From Eledone cirrhosa (Eukaryota), in NCBI GenBank assembly GCA_964016885.1, contig OZ024752.1, forward strand, positions 16,678,001 to 16,742,000: DNA of 64,000 nucleotides, read 5' to 3'. Shown here piece after piece: positions 15,001-28,500 of the stretch. The notes below the pieces were generated by a model. The model was not told the DNA's origin. It did no database searches and saw nothing but the letters and a program-made list of their open reading frames with translations. The first letter of the stretch is position 1, and every line of letters begins with the position of its first letter. The translations under genes and the position numbers were made by a program.

Positions 15001-17887
15001 CTGATGTCAGCCGTGTCTGGTAGTCCGTCTAGGGGAAGGATCACTCTGATGTCAGCCATGTGTGGTAGTCTGTCTAGGGGAAGGATCACTCTGATGTCAG
15101 CCAAGTGTGGTAGTCTGTCTAGGGGAAGGATCACTCTGATGTCAGTCATGTGTGGTAGTCTGTCTAGGGGAAGGATCACTCTGATGTCAGCCGTGTGTGG
15201 TAGTCTGTCGAGGGGAAGGATCACTCTGATGTCAGCCGTGTGTGGTAGTCTGTCTAGGGGAAGGATCACTCAGATGTCAGCCGTGTGTGGTAGTCTGTCT
15301 AAGGGAAGGATCACTCTGATGTCAGCCGTGTGTGGTAGTCGGTCTAGGGGAAGGATCACTCTGATGTCAGCCGTGTGTGGTAGTCTGTCTAGGGGAAGGT
15401 TCACTCTGATGGCAGCCGTGTGTGTTAGTCTGTCTAGGTGAAGGATCACTCTGATGTCAGCTGTGTGTGGTAGTCTGTCTAGGGGAAGGATCACTCTGAT
15501 GTCAGCCATGTGTGGTAGTCTGTCTAGGGGAAGGATCACTCTGATGTCAGCCACGTGTGTTAGTCTGTCTAGGTGAAGGATCACTCTGATCTCAGCCGTG
15601 TGTGGTAGTCTGTTATGGGAAGGATCACTCTGATGTTAGCTGTGTGTGGTAGTCTGTTATGGGAAGGATCACTCTGATGTCAGCTGTGTGTGGTAGTCTG
15701 TTATGGGAAGGATCACTCTGATGTCAGCCGTGTGTGGTAGTCTGTAATGGGAAGGATCACTCTGATGTCAGCCAAGTGTGGTAGTCTGTCTAGGGGAAGG
15801 ATCACTCTGATGTCACCCGTGTGTGGTAGTCTGTTATGGGAAGGATCACTCTGATGTCAGCGTGTGTGGTAGTCTGTTATGGGAAGGATCACTCTGATGT
15901 CAGCCAAGTGTGGTAGTCTGTCTAGGGGAAGGATCACTCTGATGTCAGCCGCGTGTGGTAGTCTGTTATGGGAAGGATCACTCTGATGTCAGCCGTGTGT
16001 GGTAGTCTGTTATGGGAAGGATCACTCTGATGTCAGCCGTGTATGGTAGTCTGTTATGGGAAGGATCACTCTGATGTCAGCTGTGTGTGGTAGTCTGTTA
16101 TGGGAAGGATCACTCCGATGTCAGCCGTGTGTGGTAGTCTGTCTAGGTAAAGGATCACTCTGATGTCAGCCAAGTGTGGTAGTCTGTCTAGGGGAAGGAT
16201 CACTCTGATGTCATCCGTGTGTGGTAGTCTGTTATGGGAAGGATCACTCTGATGTCAGTCGTGTGTGGTAGTCTGTCTAGGTGAAGGATCACTCTGATGT
16301 CAGTCGTGTGTGGTAGTCTGTTATGGGAAGGATCACTCTGATATCAGCCGTGTGTGGTAGTCTGTCTAGGGGAAGGATCACTCTGATGTCAGCCAAGTGT
16401 GGTAGTCTGTCTAGGGGAAGGATCACTCTGATGTCAGCCGTGTGTGGTAGTCTGTTATGGGAAGGATCACTCTGATGTCAGCCGTGTGTGGTAGTCTGTT
16501 ATGGGGAAGGATCACTCTGATGTCAGCCGTGTGTGGTAGTCTGTCTAGGTGAAGGATCACTCTGATGTCAGCCGTGTGTGATAGTCTGTTATGGGAAGGA
16601 TCACTCTGATGTCAGCCAAGTGTGGTAGTCTGTCTAGGGGAAGGATCACTCCGATGTCAGCCGTGTGTGGTAGTCTGTTATGGGAAGGATCATTCTGATG
16701 TCAGCTGTGTGTGGTAGTCTTTTATGGGAAGGATCACTCTGATGTCAGCTGTGTGTGGTAGTCTGTTATGGGAAGGATCACTCTGATGTCAGCAGTGTGT
16801 GGTAGTCTGTTATGGGAAGGATCACTCTGATGTCAGCCAAGTGTGGTAGTGTGTCTAGAGGAAGGATCACTCTGATGTCAGCCGTGTGTGGTAGTCTGTT
16901 ATGGGAAGGATCACTCTGATGTCAGCGTGTGTGGTAGTCTGTTATGGGAAGGATCACTCTGATGTCAGCCAAGTGTGGTAGTCTGTCTAAGGGAAGGATC
17001 ACTCTGATGTCAGCCGTGTGTGGTAGTCTGTTATGGGAAGGATCACTCTGATGTCAGCCGTGTGTGGTAGTCTGTTATGGGAAGGATCATTCCGATGTCA
17101 GCCGTGTGTGGTAGTCTGTCTAGGGGAAGGATCACTCTGATGTCAGCCGTGTGTGGTAGTCTGTCTAGGTGAAGGATCACTCTGATGTCAGCCAAGTGTG
17201 GTAGTCTGTCTAGGGGAAGGATCACTCTGATGTCAGCCGTGTGTGGTAGCCTGTTATGGGAAGGATCACTCTGATGTCAGCCGTGTCTGGTAGTCTGACT
17301 AGGTGAAGGATCACTCTGATGTCAGTCGTGTATGGTAGTCTGTCTAGGTGAAGGATCACTCTGATGTCAGCCGTGTGTGGTAGTCTGTCTACGGGAAGGA
17401 TCACTCTGATGTCAGCGTGTGTGGTAGTCTGTCTAAGGGAAGGATCACTCTGATGTCAGCCGTGTGTGGTAGTCTGTCTAGGTGAAGGATCACTCTGATG
17501 TAAGCCGTGTGTGGTAGTCTCTCTAAGGGAAGTATCACTCTGATGTCAGTCATGTGTGGTAGTCTGTTATGGGAAGGATCACTCTGATGTCAGCCGTGTG
17601 CGGTAGTCTGTCTAGGGGAAGGATCACTCTGATGTTTGATGTCAGCCGTGTGTGGTAGTCTGTCTAGGGGAAGGATCACTCTGATGTCAGCTGTGTGTGG
17701 CAGTCTGTCTAGGGGAAGGATCACTCTGATGTCAGCCAAGTGTGGTAGTCTGTCTAGGGGAAGGATCACTCTGATGTCAGTCATGTGTGGTAGTCTGTCT
17801 AGGGGAAGGATCACTCTGATGTCAGCCGTGTGTGGTAGTCTGTCTAGGGGAAGGATCACTCTGATGTCAGCTGTGTGTGGTAGTCTG
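1..17887. repeat. 17,887-bp higher-order repeat unit (~400 monomers); phase arbitrarily set by the window start
   Basis: The sequence at position 1 recurs at 17,888 and 33,187. ORF offsets 202->18089, 19840->37727 and 25202->43089 are all 17,887. Offsets 2119->35305 and 4541->37727 are 33,186 (17,887+15,299). Confidence 0.9.
548..3864. repeat. 1,699-bp-period (38-monomer) near-tandem duplication, 548-2165 vs 2247-3864
   Basis: ORF offsets 1092->2791, 1271->2970 and 1450->3149 are all 1,699. Rare monomers (GACCACT/CATGTGTGTGTTGTAG, TTATGAGAAG, GTGACGGATCACAC) occur in the same order. Confidence 0.9.
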
Positions 17888-19507
17888 TCTAAGGGAAGGA
17901 TCACTCTGATGTCAGCCGTGTGTGGTAGTGTGTCTAGGGGAAGGATCACTCTGATGTCAGCTGTGTGTGGCAGTCTGTCTAGGGGAAGGATAACTCCGAT
18001 GTCAGCCGTGTGTGGTAGTCTATCTAGGGGAAGAATCACTCTGATGTCAGCCGTGTGTGGTAGTCTGTCCAGGTGAAGGATCACTCTGATGTCAGCTGTG
18101 TGTGGCAGTCTGTCTAGGGGAAGGATCACTCTGATGTCAGCCGTGTGCGGTAGTCTGTCTAGGGGAAGGATCACTCTGATGTCAGCTGTGTGTGGCAGTC
18201 TGTCTAGGGGAAGGATCACTCTGATGTCAGCTGTGTGTGGTAGTCTGTCTAGGGGAAGGATCACTCTGATGTCAGTCATGTGTGGTAGTCTGTCTAGGGG
18301 AAGGATCACTCTGATGTCAGCTGTGTGTGGTAGTCTGTCTAGGGGAAGGATCACTCTGATGTCAGCTGTGTGTGGTAGTCTGTCTAGGGGAAGGATCACT
18401 CTGATGTCAGCTGTGTGTGGTAGTCTGTCTAGGGGAAGGATCACTCTGATGTCAGCTGTGTGTGGTAGTCTGTCTAGGGGAAGGACCACTCTGATGTCAT
18501 GTGTGTGTTGTAGTCTGTCTCGGGGAAGAATCACTCTGATGTCAGTCGTGTGTGGTAGTCTGTCTAGGGGAAGGATCACTCTGATGTCAGCTGTGTGTGG
18601 CAGTCTGTCTAGGGGAAGGATCACTCTGATGTCAGCCGTGTGTGGTAGTCTGTCTAGGGGAAGGATCACTCAGATGTCAGCCGTGTGTGGTAGTCTGTCT
18701 AAGGGAAGGATCACTCTGATGTCAGCCGTGTGTGGTAGTCGGTCAAGGGGAAGGATCACTCTGATGTCAGCCGTGTGTGGTAGTCTGTCTAGGGGAAGGT
18801 TCACTCTGATGTCAGCCGTGTGTGGTAGTCTGTCTAGGTGAAGGATCACTCTGATGTCAGCCGTGTGTGGTAGTCTGTTATGGGAAGGATCACTCCGATG
18901 TCAGCCGTGTGTGGTAGTCTGTCTAGGGGAAGGATTACTCTGATGTCAGCTGTGTGTGGTAGTCTGTTATGAGAAGGATCACTCTGATGTCAGCCGTGTG
19001 TGGTAGTCTGTTATGGGAAGGATCATTCCGATGTCAGCCGTGTGTGGTAGTCTGTCTAGGGGAAGGATCACTCTGATGTCAGCCGTGTGTGGTAGTCTGT
19101 CTAGATGAAGGATCACTCTGATGTCAGCCAAGTGTGGTAGTCTGTCTAGGGGAAGGATCACTCTGATGTCAGCCGTGTGTGGTAGTCTGTTATGGGAAGG
19201 ATCACTCTGATGTCAGCCGTGTCTGGTAGTCTGACTAGGTGAAGGATCACTCTGATGTCAGTCGTGTATGGTAGTCTGTCTAGGTGAAGGTTCACTCTGA
19301 TGTCAGCCGTGTGTGGTAGTCTGTCTAAGGGAAGGATCACTCTGATGTCAGCGTGTGTGGTAGTCTGTCTAAGGGAAGGATCACTCTGATGTCAGCCGTG
19401 TGTGGTAGTCTGTCTAGGTGAAGGATCACTCTGATGTAAGCCGTGTGTGGTAGTCTGTCTAAGGGAAGTATCACTCTGATGTCAGTCATGTGTGGTAGTC
19501 TGTCTAG
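4209..19507. repeat. 15,299-bp tandem duplication, copy 1
   Basis: Constant 15,299 offset for ORFs 4541->19840, 5700->20999, 9903->25202, 12495->27794, 14775->30074, 17590->32889 and 19158->34457. Private SNVs are shared between the copies. Confidence 0.95.
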
Positions 19508-19536
19508 GGGAAGGATCACTCTGATGTCAGCCGTGT
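6290..19536. repeat. ~7.69-kb-period duplication nested in the large HOR (about 6.3-11.85 kb vs 14.0-19.5 kb; ends approximate)
   Basis: ORF offsets 6540->14228 and 7087->14775 are 7,688; 9356->17043, 9903->17590 and 11292->18979 are 7,687. The complementary offset of 10,200 (1->10201, 1092->11292) sums with 7,687 to 17,887. Confidence 0.85.
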
Positions 19537-22500
19537 CTGGTAGTCTGACTAGGTGAAGGATCACTCTGATGTCAGTCGTGTATGGTAGTCTGTCTAGGTG
19601 AAGGATCACTCTGATGTCAGCCGTGTGTGGTAGTCTGTCTAAGGGAAGGATCACTCTGATGTCAGCGTGTGTGGTAGTCTGTCTAAGGGAAGGATCACTC
19701 TGATGTCAGCCGTGTGTGGTAGTCTGTCTAGGTGAAGGATCACTCTGATGTAAGCCGTGTGTGGTAGTCTGTCTAAGGGAAGTATCACTCTGATGTCAGT
19801 CATGTGTGGTAGTCTGTTATGGGAAGGATCACTCTGATGTCAGCCGTGTGCGGTAGTCTGTCTAGGGGAAGGATCACTCTGATGTCTGATGTCAGCCGTG
19901 TGTGGTAGTCTGTCTAGGGGAAGGATCACTCTGATGTCAGCTGTGTGTGGCAGTCTGTCTAGGGGAAGGATCACTCTGATGTCAGTCATGTGTGGTAGTC
20001 TGTCTAGGGGAAGGATCACTCTGATGTCAGCCGTGTGTGGTAGTCTGTCTAGGGGAAGGATCACTCTGATGTCAGCTGTGTGTGGTAGTCTGTCTAAGGG
20101 AAGGATCACTCTGATGTCAGCCGTGTGTGGTAGTGTGTCTAGGGGAAGGATCACTCTGATGTCAGCTGTGTGTGGCAGTCTGTCTAGGGGAAGGATAACT
20201 CCGATGTCAGCCGTGTGTGGTAGTCTGTCTAGGGGAAGAATCACTCTGATGTCAGCCGTGTGTGGTAGTCTGTCCAGGGGAAGGATCACTCTGATGTCAG
20301 CTGTGTGTGGCAGTCTGTCTAGGGGAAGGATCACTCTGATGTCAGCCGTGTGCGGTAGTCTGTCTAGGGGAAGGATCACTCTGATGTCAGCTGTGTGTGG
20401 CAGTCTGTCTAGGGGAAGGATCACTCTGATGTCAGCTGTGTGTGGTAGTCTGTCTAGGGGAACGATCACTCTGATGTCAGTCATGTCTGGTAGTCTGTCT
20501 AGGGGAAGGATCACTCTGATGTCAGCTGTGTGTGGTAGTCTGTCTAGGGGAAGGATCACTCTGATGTCAGCTGTGTGTGGTAGTCTGTCTAGGGGAAGGA
20601 TCACTCTGATGTCAGCTGTGTGTGGTAGTCTGTCTAGGTGAAGGATCACTCTGATGTCAGCTGTGTGTGGTAGTCTGTCTAGGGGAAGGATCACTCTGAT
20701 GTCAGCCATGTGTGGTAGTCTGTTATGGGAAGGATCACTCTGATGTTAGCTGTGTGTGGTAGTCTGTTATGGGAAGGATCACTCTGATGTCAGCTGTGTG
20801 TGGTAGTCTGTTATGGGAAGGATCACTCTGATGTCAGCCGTGTGTGGTAGTCTGTAATGGGAAGGATCACTCTGATGTCAGCCAAGTGTGGTAGTCTGTC
20901 TAGGGGAAGGATCACTCTGATGTCACCCGTGTGTGGTAGTCTGTTATGGGAAGGATCACTCTGATGTCAGCGTGTGTGGTAGTCTGTTATGGGAAGGATC
21001 ACTCTGATGTCAGCCGTGTGTGGTAGTCTGTTATGGGAAGGATCATTCCGATGTCAGCCGTGTGTGGTAGTCTGTCTAGGGGAATGATCACTCTGATGTC
21101 AGCCGTGTGTGGTAGTCTGTCTAGGTTAAGGATCACTATGATGTCAGCCAAGTGTGGTAGTCTGTCTAGGGGAAGGATCACTCTGATGTCAGCCGTGTGT
21201 GGTAGTCTGTTATGGGAAGGATCACTCTGGTCAGCTGTGTTTGGTAGTCTGTTATGGGAAGGATCACTCCGATGTCAGCCGTGTGTGGTAGTCTGTCTAG
21301 GGGAAGGATTACTCTGATGTCAGCTGTGTGTGGTAGTCTGTTATGGGAAGGATCACTCTGATGTCAGCCGTGTGTGGTAGTCTGTTATGGGAAGGATCAC
21401 TCTGATGTCAGCCAAGTGTGGTAGTATGTCTAGGGGAAGGATCACTCTGATGTCAGCCGTGTGTGGTAGTCTGTTATGGGAAGGATCATTCTGATGTCAG
21501 CTGTGTGTGGTAGTCTGTTATGGGAAGGATCACTCTGATGTCAGCTGTGTGTGGTAGTCTGTTATGGGAAGGATCACTCTGATGTCAGCAGTGTGTGGTA
21601 GTCTGTTATGGGAAGGATCACTCTGATGTCAGCCAAGTGTGGTAGTGTGTCTAGGGGAAGGATCACTCTGATGTCAGCCGTGTGTGGTAGTCTGTTATGG
21701 GAAGGATCACTCTGATGTCAGCGTGTGTGGTAGTCTGTTATGGGAAGGATCACTCTGATGTCAGCCAAGTGTGGTAGTCTGTCTAAGGGAAGGATCACTC
21801 TGATGTCAGCCGTGTGTGGTAGTCTGTTATGGGAAGTATCACTCTGATGTCAGCCGTGTGTGGTAGTCTGTTATGGGAAGGATCACTCCGATGTCAGCCG
21901 TGTGTGGTAGTCTGTCTAGGGGAAGGATCACTCTGATGTCAGCCGTGTGTGTTAGTCTGTCTAGGTGAAGGATCACTCTGATGTCAGCCAAGTGTGGTAG
22001 TCTGTCTAGGGGAAGGATCACTCTGATGTCAGCCGTGTGTGGTAGTCTGTTATGGGAAGGATCACTCTGATGTCAGCCGTGTGTGGTAGTCTGTCTAGGT
22101 GAAGGATCACTCTGATGTCAGTCGTGTATGGTAGTCTGTCTAGGTGAAGGATCACTCTGATGTCAGCCGTGTGTGGTAGTCTGTCTAAGGGAAGGATCAC
22201 TCTGATGTCAGCGTGTGTGGTAGTCTGTCTAAGGGAAGGATCACTCTGATGTCAGCCGTGTGTGGTAGTCTGTCTAGGTGAAGGATCACTCTGATGTAAG
22301 CCGTGTGTGGTAGTCTGTCTAAGGGAAGTATCACTCTGATGTCAGTCATGTGTGGTAGTCTGTTATGGGAAGGATCACTCTGATGTCAGCCGTGTGTAGT
22401 AGTCTGTCTAGGGGAAGGATCACTCTGATGTCTGATGTCAGCCGTGTGTGGTAGTCTGTCTAGGGGAAGGATCACTCTGATGACAGCTGTGTGTGGCAGT

Positions 22501-25500
22501 CTGTCTAGGGGAAGGATCACTCTGATGTCAGCCGTGTGTTGTAGTCTCTCTAGGGAAAGGATCACTCTGATATCAGCTGTGTGTGGTAGTCTGTCTAGGG
22601 GAAGGATCACTCTGATGTCAGCCGTGTCTGGTAGTCCGTCTAGGGGAAGGATCACTCTGATGTCAGCCATGTGTGGTAGTCTGTCTAGGGGAAGGATCAC
22701 TCTGATGTCAGCCAAGTGTGGTAGTCTGTCTAGGGGAAGGATCACTCTGATGTCAGTCATGTGTGGTAGTCTGTCTAGGGGAAGGATCACTCTGATGTCA
22801 GCCGTGTGTGGTAGTCTGTCTAGGGGAAGGATCACTCTGATGTCAGCCGTGTGTGGTAGTCTGTCTAGGGGAAGGATCACTCAGATGTCAGCCGTGTGTG
22901 GTAGTCTGTCTAAGGGAAGGATCACTCTGATGTCAGCCGTGTGTGGTAGTCGGTCTAGGGGAAGGATCACTCTGATGTCAGCCGTGTGTGGTAGTCTGTC
23001 TAGGGGAAGGTTCACTCTGATGTCAGCCGTGTGTGGTAGTCTGTCTAGGTGAAGGATCACTCTGATGTCAGCTGTGTGTGGTAGTCTGTCTAGGGGAAGG
23101 ATCACTCTGATGTCAGCCATGTGTGGTAGTCTGTCTAGGGGAAGGATAGCTCTGATGTCAGCCACGTGTGGTAGTCTGTCTAGGTGAAGGATCACTCTGA
23201 TGTCAGCCGTGTGTGGTAGTCTGTTATGGGAAGGATCACTCTGATGTTAGCTGTGTGTGGTAGTCTGTTATGGGAAGGATCACTCTGATGTCAGCTGTGT
23301 GTGGTAGTCTGTTATGGGAAGGATCACTCTGATGTCAGCCGTGTGTGGTAGTCTGTAATGGGAAGGATCACTCTGATGTCAGCCAAGTGTGGTAGTCTGT
23401 CTAGGGGAAGGATCACTCTGATGTCACCCGTGTGTGGTAGTCTGTTATGGGAAGGATCACTCTGATGTCAGCGTGTGTGGTAGTCTGTTATGGGAAGGAT
23501 CACTCTGATGTCAGCCAAGTGTGGTAGTCTGTCTAGGGGAAGGATCACTCTGATGTCAGCCGCGTGTGGTAGTCTGTTATGGGAAGGATCACTCTGATGT
23601 CAGCCGTGTGTGGTAGTCTGTTATGGGAAGGATCACTCTGATGTCAGCCGTGTGTGGTAGTCTGTTATGGGAAGGATCACTCTGATGTCAGCTGTGTGTG
23701 GTAGTCTGTTATGGGAAGGATCACTCCGATGTCAGCCGTGTGTGGTAGTCTGTCTAGGTAAAGGATCACTCTGATGTCAGCCAAGTGTGGTAGTCTGTCT
23801 AGGGGAAGGATCACTCTGATGTCATCCGTGTGTGGTAGTCTGTTATGGGAAGGATCACTCTGATGTCAGTCGTGTGTGGTAGTCTGTCTAGGTGAAGGAT
23901 CACTCTGATGTCAGTCGTGTGTGGTAGTCTGTTATGGGAAGGATCACTCTGATATCAGCCGTGTGTGGTAGTCTGTCTAGGGGAAGGATCACTCTGATGT
24001 CAGCCAAGTGTGGTAGTCTGTCTAGGGGAAGGATCACTCTGATGTCAGCCGTGTGTGGTAGTCTGTCTAGGTGACGGATCACACTGATGTCAGCCGTGTG
24101 TGGTAGTCTGTCTAGGGGAAGGATCACTCTGATGTCAGCCGTGTGTGGTAGTCTGTCTAGGTGAAGGATCACTCTGATGTCAGCCGTGTGTGATAGTCTG
24201 TTATGGGAAGGATCACTCTGATGTCAGCCAAGTGTGGTCGTCTGTCTAGGGGAAGGATCACTCTGATGTCAGCCGTGTGTGGTAGTCTGTTATGGGAAGG
24301 ATCATTCTGATGTCAGCTGTGTGTGGTAGTCTGTTATGGGAAGCATCACTCTGATGTCAGCTGTGTGTGGTAGTCTGTTATGGGAAGGATCACTCTGATG
24401 TCAGCAGTGTGTGGTAGTCTGTTATGGGAAGGATCACTCTGATGTCAGCCAAGTGTGGTAGTGTGTCTAGAGGAAGGATCACTCTGATGTCAGCCGTGTG
24501 TGGTAGTCTGTTATGGGAAGGATCACTCTGATGTCAGCGTGTGTGGTAGTCTGTTATGGGAAGGATCACTCTGATGTCAGCCAAGTGTGGTAGTCTGTCT
24601 AAGGGAAGGATCACTCTGATGTCAGCCGTGTGTGGTAGTCTGTTATGGGAAGGATCACTCTGATGTCAGCCGTGTGTGGTAGTCTGTTATGGGAAGGATC
24701 ATTCCGATGTCAGCCGTGTGTGGTAGTCTGTCTAGGGGAAGGATCACTCTGCTGTCAGCCGTGTGTGGTAGTCTGTCTAGGTGAAGGATCACTCTGATGT
24801 CAGCCAAGTGTGGTAGTCTGTCTAGGGGAAGGATCACTCTGATGTCAGCCGTGTGTGGTAGCCTGTTATGGGAAGGATCACTCTGATGTCAGCCGTGTCT
24901 GGTAGTCTGACTAGGTGAAGTATCACTCTGATGTCAGTCGTGTATGGTAGTCTGTCTAGGTGAAGGATCACTCTGATGTCAGCCGTGTGTGGTAGTCTGT
25001 CTAAGGGAAGGATCACTCTGATGTCAGCGTGTGTGGTAGTCTGTCTAAGGGAAGGATCACTCTGATGTCAGCCGTGTGTGGTAGTCTGTCTAGGTGAAGG
25101 ATCACTCTGATGTAAGCCGTGTGTGGTAGTCTGTCTAAGGGAAGTATCACTCTGATGTCAGTCATGTGTGGTAGTCTGTTATGGGAAGGATCACTCTGAT
25201 GTCAGCCGTGTGCGGTAGTCTGTCTAGGGGAAGGATCACTCTGATGTTTGATGTCAGCCGTGTGTGGTAGTCTGTCTAGGGGAAGGATCACTCTGATGTC
25301 AGCTGTGTGTGGCAGTCTGTCTAGGGGAAGGATCACTCTGATGTCAGCCAAGTGTGGTAGTCTGTCTAGGGGAAGGATCACTCTGATGTCAGTCATGTGT
25401 GGTAGTCTGTATAGGGGAAGGATCACTCTGATGTCAGCCGTGTGTGGTAGTCTGTCTAGGGGAAGGATCACTCTGATGTCAGCTGTGTGTGGTAGTCTGT

Positions 25501-28500
25501 CTAAGGGAAGGATCACTCTGATGTCAGCCGTGTGTGGTAGTGTGTCTAGGGGAAGGATCACTCTGATGTCAGCTGTGTGTGGCAGTCTGTCTAGGGGAAG
25601 GATAACTCCGATGTCAGCCGTGTGTGGTAGTCTGTCTAGGGGAAGAATCACTCTGATGTCAGCCGTGTGTGGTAGTCTGTCCAGGGGAAGGATCACTCTG
25701 ATGTCAGCTGTGTGTGGCAGTCTGTCTAGGGGAAGGATCACTCTGATGTCAGCCGTGTGCGGTAGTCTGTCTAGGGGAAGGATCACTCTGATGTCAGCTG
25801 TGTGTGGCAGTCTGTCTAGGGGAAGGATCACTCTGATGTCAGCTGTGTGTGGTAGTCTGTCTAGGGGAAGGATCACTCTGATGTCAGTCATGTGTGGTAG
25901 TCTCTCTAGGGGAAGGATCACTCTGATGTCAGCTGTGTGTGGTAGTCTGTCTAGGGGAAGGATCACTCTGATGTCAGCTGTGTGTGGTAGTCTGTCTAGG
26001 GGAAGGATCACTCTGATGTCAGCTGTGTGTGGTAGTCTGTCTAGGGAAAGGATCACTCTGATGTCAGCTGTGTGTGGTAGTCTGTCTAGGGGAAGGACCA
26101 CTCTGATGTCATGTGTGTGTTGTAGTCTGTCTCGGGGAAGAATCACTCTGATGTCAGTCGTGTGTGGTAGTCTGTCTAGGGGAAGGATCACTCTGATGTC
26201 AGCTGTGTGTGGCAGTCTGTCTAGGGGAAGGATCACTCTGATGTCAGCCGTGTGTGGTAGTCTGTCTAGGGGAAGGATCACTCAGATGTCAGCCGTGTGT
26301 GGTAGTCTGTCTAAGGGAAGGATCACTCTGATGTCAGCCGTGTGTGGTAGTCGGTCTAGGGGAAGGATCACTCTGATGTCAGCCGTGTGTGGTAGTCTGT
26401 CTAGGGGAAGGTTCACTCTGATGTCAGCCGTGTGTGGTAGTCTGTCTAGGTGAAGGATCACTCTGATGTCAGCCGTGTGTGGTAGTCTGTTATGGGAAGG
26501 ATCACTCCGATGTCAGCCGTGTGTGGTAGTCTGTCTAGGGGAAGGATTACTCTGATGTCAGCTGTGTGTGGTAGTCTGTTATGAGAAGGATCACTCTGAT
26601 GTCAGCCGTGTGTGGTAGTCTGTTATGGGAAGGATCATTCCGATGTCAGCCGTGTGTGGTAGTCTGTCTAGGGGAAGGATCACTCTGATGTCAGCCGTGT
26701 GTGGTAGTCTGTCTAGATGAAGGATCACTCTGATGTCAGCCAAGTGTGGTAGTCTGTCTAGGGGAAGGATCACTCTGATGTCAGCCGTGTGTGGTAGTCT
26801 GTTATGGGAAGGATCACTCTGATGTCAGCCGTGTCTGGTAGTCTGACTAGGTGAAGGATCACTCTGATGTCAGTCGTGTATGGTAGTCTGTCTAGGTGAA
26901 GGATCACTCTGATGTCAGCCGTGTGTGGTAGTCTGTCTAAGGGAAGGATCACTCTGATGTCAGCGTGTGTGGTAGTCTGTCAAAGGGAAGGATCACTCTG
27001 ATGTCAGCCGTGTGTGGTAGTCTGTCTAGGTGAAGGATCACTCTGATGTAAGCCGTGTGTGGTAGTCTGTCTAAGGGAAGTATCACTCTGATGTCAGTCA
27101 TGTGTGGTAGTCTGTCTAGGGGAAGGATCACTCTGATGTCAGCCGTGTGTGCTAGTCTGTCTAGGGGAAGGATCACTCTGATGTCAGCCGTGTGTGGTAG
27201 TCTGTCTAGGTGACGGATCACACTGATGTCTGCCGTGTGTGGTAGTCTGTCTAGGGGAAGGATCACTCTGATGTCAGCCGTGTGTGGTAGTCTGTCTAGG
27301 TGAAGGATCACTCTGATGTCAGCCGTGTGTGGTAGTCTGTTATGGGAAGGATCACTCTGATGTCAGCCAAGTGTGGTAGTCTGTCTAGGGGAAGGATCAC
27401 TCTGATGTCAGCCGTGTGTGGTAGTCTGTTATGGGAAGGATCATTCTGATGTCAGCTGTGTGTGGTAGTCTGTTATGGGAAGGATCACTCTGATGTCAGC
27501 TGTGTGTGGTAGTCTGTTATGGGAAGGATCACTCTGATGTCAGCAGTGTGTGGTAGTCTGTTATGGGAAGGATCACTCTGATGTCAGCCAAGTGTGGTAG
27601 TGTGTCTAGAGGAAGGATCACTCTGATGTCAGCCGTGTGTGGTAGTCTGTTATGGGAAGGATCACTCTGATGTCAGCGTGTGTGGTAGTCTGTTATGGGA
27701 AGGATCACTCTGATGTCAGCCAAGTGTGGTAGTCTGTCTAAGGGAAGGATCACTCTGATGTCAGCCGTGTGTGGTAGTCTGTTATGGGAAGGATCACTCT
27801 GATGTCAGCCGTGTGTGGTAGTCTGTTATGGGAAGGATCATTCCGATGTCAGCCGTGTGTGGTAGTCTGTCTAGGGGAAGGATCACTCTGATGTCAGCCG
27901 TGTGTGGTAGTCTGTCTAGGTGAAGGATCACTCTGATGTCAGCTGTGTGTGGTAGTCTGTCTAGGGGAAGGACCACTCTGATGTCATGTGTGTGTTGTAG
28001 TCTGTCTCGGGGAAGAATCACTCTGATGTCAGTCGTGTGTGGTAGTCTGTCTAGGGGAAGGATCACTCTGATGTCAGCTGTGTGTGGCAGTCTGTCTAGG
28101 GGAAGGATAACTCTGATGTCAGCCGTGTGTGGTAGTCTGTCTAGGGGAAGGATCACTCTGATGTCAGCCGTGTGTGGTAGTCTGTCTAAGGGAAGGATCA
28201 CTCTGATGTCAGCCGTGTGTGGTAGTCGGTCTAGGGGAAGGATCACTCTGATGTCAGCCGTGTGTGGTAGTCTGTCTAGGGGAAGGTTCACTCTGATGTC
28301 AGCCGTGTGTGGTAGTCTGTCTAGGTGAAGGATCACTCTGATGTCAGCCGTGTGTGGTAGTCTGTCTAGGTGAAGGATCACTCTGATGTCAGCTGTGTGT
28401 GGTAGTCTGTCTAGGGGAAGGATCACTCTGATGTCAGCCATGTGTGGTAGTCTGTTATGGGAAGGATCACTCTGATGTTAGCTGTGTGTGGTAGTCTGTT

